Source: an uncultured Candidatus Puniceispirillum sp.
GTDB lineage: Bacteria > Pseudomonadota > Alphaproteobacteria > Puniceispirillales > UBA1172
Assembly: GCA_965207125.1 (NCBI GenBank)
Contig: OZ242263.1
Coordinates: forward strand, 331,466 to 395,465
Length of the DNA stretch: 64,000 bases
Direction of reading: 5' to 3'
Notes under the pieces: model-generated
The model's database searches: none
What the model was told of the DNA's origin: nothing
Seen by the model: only the letters and a program-made list of their open reading frames with translations
Shown here: piece after piece, positions 53,786 to 62,060 of the stretch
Numbering within the stretch: position 1 is the stretch's first letter
How the letters are laid out: every line of letters starts with the position of its first letter
Made by a program: the position numbers and the translations under genes

Positions 53786-54448
53786 TTAAGCCGACGGGTC
53801 AGCAACTTTTCTCAGGTAAGGTTTTACCGTCTCCCAACCACCGGGAAACAATGTTTTCGCCTCATCATTAGAAACCGAAGGAACGATAATCACATCCTCG
53901 CCTTTTTTCCAGTCGGCAGGGGTCGCCACCTTGTGCCCGGCCGTCAGCTGCAGCGAGTCAATCACCCGCAGCAGCTCAGCGAAGTTACGCCCTGTCGCCA
54001 TCGGATAGGTCAAAGACAGTTTGATTTTTTTGTCAGGCCCGATCACGAACACCGAACGCACTGTCTGGTTATCGACCGCCGTGCGTCCTGCTGAGCCGCC
54101 CCCTTCGGATGCAGGCAACATATTATATTGCTTAGCAACCGCAAGCTCTGTATCAGCGATAATCGGATACCCCGGCTTCATCCCGCAAACCTCATCGATA
54201 TCAGTGAGCCAAGCGTTATGATCTTCGACTGGATCGACGGATAAGCCGATCACCTTGACGTTGCGCTTTTCAAACTCAGGTTGAAGACGCGCAAGCGCGC
54301 CTAGTTCGGTCGTGCACACCGGTGTAAAATCCTTAGGGTGTGAGAACAGAATCCCCCAACCATCGCCAAGCCAATCATGAAAACTGATCTTTCCATGCGT
54401 GGTCTCAGCGGTGAAATCCGGAGACGTATCATTGATTCTAAGAGACAT
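53786..54448 (-). CDS. 1-Cys (Prx6-type) peroxiredoxin
   Basis: MSLRINDTSPDF...WGILFSHPKDFTPVCTTELG signature. I prefer ATG 54448 (GGAGGA 5 nt upstream) to the track start of 54460. Confidence 0.88.
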   Translation of the reverse strand: MSLRINDTSPDFTAETTHGKISFHDWLGDGWGILFSHPKDFTPVCTTELGALARLQPEFEKRNVKVIGLSVDPVEDHNAWLTDIDEVCGMKPGYPIIADTELAVAKQYNMLPASEGGGSAGRTAVDNQTVRSVFVIGPDKKIKLSLTYPMATGRNFAELLRVIDSLQLTAGHKVATPADWKKGEDVIIVPSVSNDEAKTLFPGGWETVKPYLRKVADPSA

Positions 54449-54549
54449 TTGATCCTCCATTATGATGAATTGTTGATATTCTCGCTAAACACTATTGCTT
54501 TTCTTTTATAACAACGGCTCATGAGCCATTTTAACATAAAGAAAAGCAA

Positions 54550-54634
54550 TGGTGCGGCTGGAGGGAATTGAACCCCCACGGCTTGCGCCACCAGAACCTA
54601 AATCTGGCGTGTCTACCTATTCCACCACAGCCGC
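54550..54634 (-). tRNA. tRNA-Leu(UAG): tRNA-Leu (anticodon UAG)
   Basis: The reverse complement reads gcggctgtggtggaataggtagacacgccagatTTAGGttctggtggcgcaagccgtgggggttcaattccctccagccgcacca. It has a 7-bp acceptor stem, an anticodon loop ttTAGgt, a long variable arm, a GGTTCAATTCC T-arm and an encoded CCA. Confidence 0.9.
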
Positions 54635-54700
54635 TAGAATGCCTAGCGTCTGGCTAGCATAACACCTCGAGTGAAAGCAATGCAAGATTAAGATTCGATT

Positions 54701-55075
54701 TTATGAATCTGGGGTATACTTATTGATATCAGGGGGAAAGCGATGAAGACCATCATCGCCAAGCAAAAGCGGCAATTCATAAGCCACTTTTTTCATCGGC
54801 AATGATCCATATAGATGCGGGAAAACCGTCCCGTCCCGAGATTTTTCATAGCGAATATCAAGTTCAAAGGTCACGATGGATATGAGCATCAGCCCCTCGA
54901 CACCGCCGAAATGACGATAGGCCGTCTCAGCCACTTGCGCGGGCAGGGACAGGTGGATGAAGCCATCTTGGCGGTCAGTCTCACTCCCTTGATACTGTCC
55001 CTTATCCTTCGCCTTTTGCCATTCATCAGCGGCGCATATTTTGAACACTATAGGATAGTAAGGGTGATCACTCAT
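54701..55075 (-). CDS. DUF952 family protein
   Basis: A 124-aa protein. IFKICAADEWQKA...DGFIHLS...VFPHLYGSLP matches the DUF952 pattern. Confidence 0.75.
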   Translation of the reverse strand: MSDHPYYPIVFKICAADEWQKAKDKGQYQGSETDRQDGFIHLSLPAQVAETAYRHFGGVEGLMLISIVTFELDIRYEKSRDGTVFPHLYGSLPMKKVAYELPLLLGDDGLHRFPPDINKYTPDS

Positions 55076-55256
55076 GAAAGCGACCTAACACGAAAAACCT
55101 AGCCTTGACAAGCCACATATAGGGTCTTTTGTAATTTTATAGAAAGTCTTTCGCATTGTGAGACCTCGCGCCCAACTACAGATGATAAACAACGCGGCCT
55201 ATCCGGTGAAGATGAACTTGCCCCCCCGTATGCCGGCGGGTGATTAACGCCCCGCG

Positions 55257-56348
55257 TTAGACAAGATCAGTTTCCCCAGCGTTTAACTCAAAGCCTATAT
55301 CATCAAAATCAACCAGCACCAGGCTATCACCAAGAATCACATTGATCGCCTCATAGGCATTGCTGTCCTGACCAGAAGTGATTTCTCGGACACCGGATGC
55401 CGCCGGGTCAAAGGACGTGTCTAGTAGGTTACTGATCGCCGAAGCATCAAAGGCTTCATCAAAATTCACCGTCAGATCACTGTCTAAGGCGAAGGTAACA
55501 CCGGTAATATTTCCATCTCCGTCCACAAGCAGACTGACCCCTGTGCTCGCAGCATAGAACTCGGTGGCAGAAGAGTGAGCACTACCAGGGCCTCCCGTAT
55601 GGGCTAGAACCAGATAATCTTCATCGAGATCAAAGCCATTGACCGTATCGGCTCCATCATTCGGGCTCGCGCCAGCATAGCGATAAATCACGATATCTTC
55701 GCCGTCTCCAAGAGTGACGGTATCATCACCCCGGCCGCCAAAGATCACATCGCCTTCAAGGCCAGCGTTGAGTGTCTGCGCGTTATCGCCACCGATCAAG
55801 AGTTGACTTGAAGCCGCATCATTTACGCCGACCGCTGCGTCAGCGACCCCTTCGCCCAATTCTTTGGTGAGTCCGGTAACGTCCGGCAAACCTAGCGTGA
55901 GTTCAAATGTCGAAGTCGCGCTTCCACCTTGATTATCAATCGCCTTGACCGTGAGCGTGTAAGTACCAATTTCATTCGGCGTGCCAGTGATTGTTCTGGT
56001 AACCACACCTGATACGGAGTCTGTATCCTCATTGTAAGTGAGCCCGATATCAGCTAATGCCGTCGTACCGTCGTCACCAGCCGTCACCATCAGAGTAAAG
56101 GCATCGCCGTCAGGGTCTGTGAAAAGATTACCCAGGTCAATACTGATCTCCTGGCCTAGTACCCCGCTTTGAGGCTCGAGAGCTGTGCCAACCACAGGGT
56201 CTTGATTTTCATCCGCCCCATTTACCGTGATCGTCACAGCGAAACCAGCACTCCCAGAGGTAAAGATAAAGATATCCTCTACCACATCTGTTGCATTCAA
56301 GGCCTCCTGTTTCTGCTTTCGTGTTATCCAGCGTGTAAGTCCAAACAC
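55257..56348 (-). CDS. C-terminal fragment of giant adhesin D: the end of the last repeat, one cadherin-like module, and the RTX plus T1SS-type tail
   Basis: From residue ~17 it reads [39 protein letters not shown], which is the in-phase continuation of the upstream repeat. It ends [23 protein letters not shown]...DTVNGFDLDEDYLVL...VDFDDIGFELNAGETDLV. Confidence 0.85.
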   Translation of the reverse strand: MFGLTRWITRKQKQEALNATDVVEDIFIFTSGSAGFAVTITVNGADENQDPVVGTALEPQSGVLGQEISIDLGNLFTDPDGDAFTLMVTAGDDGTTALADIGLTYNEDTDSVSGVVTRTITGTPNEIGTYTLTVKAIDNQGGSATSTFELTLGLPDVTGLTKELGEGVADAAVGVNDAASSQLLIGGDNAQTLNAGLEGDVIFGGRGDDTVTLGDGEDIVIYRYAGASPNDGADTVNGFDLDEDYLVLAHTGGPGSAHSSATEFYAASTGVSLLVDGDGNITGVTFALDSDLTVNFDEAFDASAISNLLDTSFDPAASGVREITSGQDSNAYEAINVILGDSLVLVDFDDIGFELNAGETDLV

Positions 56349-59300
56349 CTGTGGACATCACAAATTCCATTCGGCCGTATACACCTTCAAGAATAAACGT
56401 ACCGTCATTATCGTCATCGGTAGCATCATTAAGCACGATGGCTGGGGATGTTACCCCAGAAATAATCCCAAGCGTTCCGGTTACAGAGTCTTGGGCTTCA
56501 TCATCTTCAGTAACCGCAGCGGTACTCCCGCCTGCGGTTGCTTCGATTGTTTGCTCCACAACCACAATGTCAAATGTCGCAGCAGTGATCCCACCGTTGC
56601 CGTCCTCCGCTACGACCTCGATCGTGTAAGTGCCAGAGCCAGTCGGTGTTCCGGTGATCATTTGAGTGTCAGAGTCATGCGCAAGACCAATCGTATCCAA
56701 CGCCGTCCTAATAGTACCATCACTAGACAGCACCATCACCGTCAGAGTCAAGGTATCGCCATCAGGATCTGTGAACAAGCCGCTTAGATCAATACTGGTG
56801 GATTGACCCACTGTCCCACCTTGCTCAACGATAGCAGTATCAACCACAGGGTCTTGATTTTCATCCGCCCCATTTACCGTGATCGTCACAGCGAAACCAG
56901 CACTCCCAGAGGTAAAGATAAAGATATCCTCTACCACATCTGTTGCATTCAAGGCCTCTGTTTCTGCTTTGGTGTTATCCAGCGTGTAAGTCCAAACACC
57001 TGTGGACATCACAAATTCCATTCGGCCGTATACACCTTCAAGAATAAACGTACCGTCATTATCGTCATCGGTAGCATCATTAAGCACGATGGCTGGGGAT
57101 GTTACCCCAGAAATAATCCCAAGCGTTCCGGTTACAGAGTCTTGGGCTTCATCATCTTCAGTAACCGCAGCGGTACTCCCGCCTGCGGTTGCTTCGATTG
57201 TTTGCTCCGCAACCACAATGTCAAATGTCGCAGCAGTGATCCCACCGTTGCCGTCCTCCGCTACGACCTCGATCGTGTAAGTGCCAGAGCCAGTCGGTGT
57301 TCCGGTGATCATTTGAGTGTCAGAGTCATGCGCAAGACCAATCGTATCCAACGCCGTCCTAATAGTACCATCACTAGACAGCACCATCACCGTCAGAGTA
57401 AAGGTATCGCCATCAGGATCTGTGAACAAGCCGCTTAGATCAATACTGGTGGATTGACCCACTGTCCCACCTTGCTCAACGATAGCAGTATCAACTACAG
57501 GGTCTTGATTTTCATCCGCCCCATTTACCGTGATCGTCACAGCGAAACCAGCACTCCCAGAGGTAAAGATAAAGATATCCTCTACCACATCTGTTGCATT
57601 CAAGGCCTGCGTTTCTGCTTTCGTGTTATCCAGCGTGTAAGTCCAAACACTTGTGGACATCACAAATTCCATTCGGCCGTATACAGATTCAAGAATAAAC
57701 GTACCGTCATTATCGTCATCGGTAGCATCATCAAGCACGATGGCTGGGGATGTTACCCCAGAAATAATCCCCAGCGTTCCGGTTACAGAGTTTTGGGTTT
57801 CATCATCTTCAGTAACCGCTGCGGTACTCCCGCCTGCGGTTGCTTCGATTGCTTGCTCCGCAACCATAATGTCAAATGTCGAAGTAGCGATTTCACCGCC
57901 GTCGTCCTCTGCTACGACCTCGATCGTGTAAGTGCCAGAGTCAGTCGGTGTTCCGGTGATCATTTGAGTGTCAGAGTCATACGCAAGACCAATCGTATCC
58001 AACGCCGCCTTGGTAGTACCATCACTAGACAGCACCATCACCGTCAGAGTCAAGGTATCGTCATCAGGATCTGTGAATAAGCCGCTTAGATCGATACTGG
58101 TGGATTGACCCGCTGTCCCACCTTGCTCAACGATAGCAGTATCAACTACAGGCTCATCATTTGCCCCATTTACCGTGATGGTCACAGCGAAACCAGCACT
58201 CCCAGAGGTAAAGATAAAGATATCCTCTCCCACATCTGTTGTATTCAAGGCATGCGTTTCTGCTTTCGCGTTATCCAGCATGTAAGTCCAAACACCTGTG
58301 GACATCACAAATTCCATTCGGCCGTATACACCTTCAAGAATAAACGTACCGTCATTATCGTCATCGGTTGCACCATTAAGCACGATGGCTGGGGATGTTA
58401 CCCCAGAAATAATCCCAAGCGTTCCGGTTACAGAGTCTTGGGCTTCATCATCTTCAGTAACCGCAGCGGTACTCCCGCCTGCGGTTGCTTCGATTGTTTG
58501 CTCCACAACCACAATGTTCAATGTCGCAGCAGTGATCCCACCGCCGTCGTCCTCCGCTACGACCTCGATCGTGTAAGTGCCAGAGTCAGTCGGGGTTCCG
58601 GTGATCATTTGAGTGTCAGAGTCATACGCAAGACCAATCGTATCCAACGCCGCCTTGGTAGTACCATCACTAGACAGCACCATCACCGTCAGAATCAAGG
58701 TATCGTCATCAGGATCTGTGAAAAGGCCGCTTAGATCAATACTAGTGGATTGACCCGCTGTCCCACCTTGCTCAACGATAGCAGTATCAACTACAGGGTT
58801 ATCATTTGCCCCGTTTACCGTGATCGTCACAGCGAAACCAGCACTCCCAGAGGTAAAGATAAAGATATCCTCTCCCACATCTGTTGCATTCAAGGCATGC
58901 GTTTCTGCTTTCGTGTTATCCAGCGTGTAAGTCCAAACACCTGTGGACATCACAAATTCCATTCGGCCGTATACACCTTCAAGAATAAACGTACCGTCAT
59001 TATCGTCATCGGTAGCATCATTAAGCACGATGGCTGGGGATGTTACCCCAGAAATAATCCCCAGCGTTCCGGTTACAGGGTCCTGAGTTTCATCATCTTC
59101 AGTAACCGCAGCGGTACTCCCGCCTGCGGTTGCTTCGATTGCTTGCTCCGCAACCACAATGTCAAATGTCGAAGTAGCGCTCCCACCGTTGCCGTCCTCC
59201 GCTACGACCTCGATCGTGTAAGTGCCAGAGTCAATCAGTGTTCCGGTGATCATTTGAGTGTCAGAGTCATGCGCAAGACCAATCGTATCCAACGCCGTCC

Positions 59301-62060
59301 TGATAGTACCATCACTAGACAGCACCATCACCGTCAGAGTCAAGGTATCGCCATCAGGATCTGTGAATAAGCCGCTTAGATCAATACTGGTGGATTGACC
59401 CGCTGTCCCACCTTGCTCAACGATAGCAGTATCAACTACAGGCTCATCATTTGCCCCATTTACCGTGATGGTCACAGCGAAACCAGCACTCCCAGAGGTA
59501 AAGATAAAGATATCCTCTACCACATCTGTTGTATTCAAGGCCTCTGTTTCTGCTTTCGTGTTATCCAGCGTGTAAGTCCAAACACCTGTGGACATCACAA
59601 ACTCCATTCGGCCGTATACACCTTCAAGAATAAACGTACCGTCATTATCGTCATCGGTAGCATCATTAAGCACGATGGCTGGGGATGTTACCCCAGAAAT
59701 AATCCCCAGCGTTCCGGTTACAGGGTCTTGGGTTTCATCATCTTCAGTAACCGCAGCGGTACTCCCGCCTGCGGTTGCTTCGATTGCTTGCTCCACAACC
59801 ACAATGTCAAATGTCGAAGTAGCGCTCTCACCGCCGTCGTCCTCCACTACGACCTCGATCGTGTAAGTGCCAGAGTCAGTCGGGGTTCCGGTGATCATTT
59901 GAGTGTCAGAGTCATACGCAAGACCAATCGTATCCAACGCCGCCTTGGTAGTACCATCACTAGACAGCACCATCACCGTCAGAGTCAAGGTATCGCCATC
60001 AGGATCTGTGAATAAGCCGCTTAGATCAATACTGGTGGATTGACCCGCTGTCCCACCTTGCTCAACGATAGCAGTATCAACTACAGGCTCATCATTTGCC
60101 CCATTTACCGTGATGGTCACAGCGAAACCAGCACTCCCAGAGGTAAAGATAAAGATATCCTCTACCACATCTGTTGTATTCAAGGCCTCCGTTTCTGCTT
60201 TCGTGTTATCCAGCGTGTAAGTCCAAACACCTGTGGACATCACAAATTCCATTCGGCCGTATACACCTTCAAGAATAAACGTACCGTCATTATCGTCATC
60301 GGTAGCACCATTAAGCACGATGGCTGGGGATGTTACCCCAGAAATAATCCCAAGCGTTCCGGTTACAGAGTCTTGGGCTTCATCATCTTCAGTAACCGCA
60401 GCGGTACTCCCGCCTGCGGTTGCTTCGATTGTTTGCTCCACAACCACAATGTTAAATGTCGCAGCAGTGATCCCACCGTTGCCGTCCTCCGCTACGACCT
60501 CGATCGTGTAAGTGCCAGAGCCAGTCGGTGTTCCGGTGATCATTTGAGTGTCAGAGTCATGCGCAAGACCAATCGCATCCAACGCCGTCCTGATAGTACC
60601 ATCACTAGACAGCACCATCACCGTCAGAGTCAAGCTATCGCCATCAGGATCTGTGAACAAGCCGCTTAGATCAATACTGGTGGATTGACCTACTGTCCCA
60701 CCTTGGTCAACGATAGCATTATCAACCACAGGGTCTTGATTTTCATCCACCCCATTTACCGTGATCGTCACAGCGAAACGAGCACTCCCAGAGGTAAAGA
60801 TAAAGATATCCTCTACCACATCTGTTGTATTCAAGGCCTCTGTTTCTGCTTTCGTGTTATCCAGCGTGTAAGTCCAAACACCTGTGGACATCATAAATTC
60901 CATTCGGCCGTATACAGATTCAAGAATAAACGTACCGTCATTATTGTCATCGGTAGCACCATTAAGCACGATGGCTGGGGATGTTACCCCAGAAAGAATC
61001 CCAAGCGTTCCAGTTACAGAGTTTTGGGTTTCATCATCTTCAGTAACCGCAGCGGTACTCCCGCCTGCGGTTGCTTCGATTGCTTGCTCCACAACCACAA
61101 TCTCAAATGTCGCAGCAGTGATCCCACCGTTGCCGTCCTCCGCTACGACCTCGATCGTGTAAGTGCCAGAGCCAATCGGTGTTCCGGTGATCATTTGAGT
61201 GTCAGAGTCATGCGCAAGACCAATCGTATCCAACGCCGTCTTGGTAGTACCATCACTAGACAGCACCATCACCGTCAGAGTCAAGCTATCGCCATCAGGA
61301 TCTGTGAATAAGCCGCTTAGATCAATACTAGTGGATTGACCCACTGTCCCACCTTGCTCAACGATAGCAGTATCAACCACAGGGTCTTGATTTTCATCCA
61401 CCCCATTTACCGTGATCGTCACAGCGAAACCAGCACTCCCAGAGGTAAAGATAAAGATATCCTCTACCACATCTGTTGTATTCAAGGCCTGCGTTTCTGC
61501 TTTCGTGTTATCCAGCGTGTAAGTCCAAACACCTGTGGACATCACAAATTCCATTCGGCCGTATACAGATTCAAGAATAAACGTACCGTCATTATTGTCA
61601 TCGGTAGCACCATTAAGCACGATGGCTGGGGATGTTACCCCAGAAAGAATCCCAAGCGTTCCGGTTACAGGGTCTGGGGTTTCATCATCTTCAGTAACCG
61701 CAGCGGTACTCCCGCCTGCGGTTGCTTCGATTGTTTGCTCCACAACCACAATCTCAAATGTCGAAGTAGCGGTCTCACCGCTGCCGTCCTCCGCTACGAC
61801 CTCGATCGTGTAAGTGCCAGAGTCAATCAGTGTTCCGGTGATCATTTGAGTGTCAGAGTCATGCGCAAGACCAATCGTATCCAACGCCGTCCTGATAGTA
61901 CCATCACTAGACAGCACCATCACCGTCAGAGTCAAGGTATCGCCATCAGGATCTGTGAATAAGCCGCTTAGATCAATACTGGTGGATTGACCCGCTGTCC
62001 CATCTTGCTCAACGATAGCAGTATCAACTACAGGCTCATCATTTGCCCCGTTTACCGTGA
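56150..62060 (-). repeat. Nine near-identical tandem units of 645 or 651 bp within gene D, each a VCBS-like module plus a cadherin-like module
   Basis: The periodicity shows in the antisense ORF starts (56803, 57454, 58105, 58750, 59395, 60040, 60685, 61336; spacings 651, 651, 645, 645, 645, 645, 651). The peptide EATAGGSTAAVTEDDE occurs nine times. Confidence 0.95.

Noticed and set aside
56150-62060. The regular tandem repeats as a possible CRISPR array or satellite
   Set aside because: The period is 645/651 bp with no short repeat-spacer structure. The repeats are in frame and coding, and no cas genes are present.
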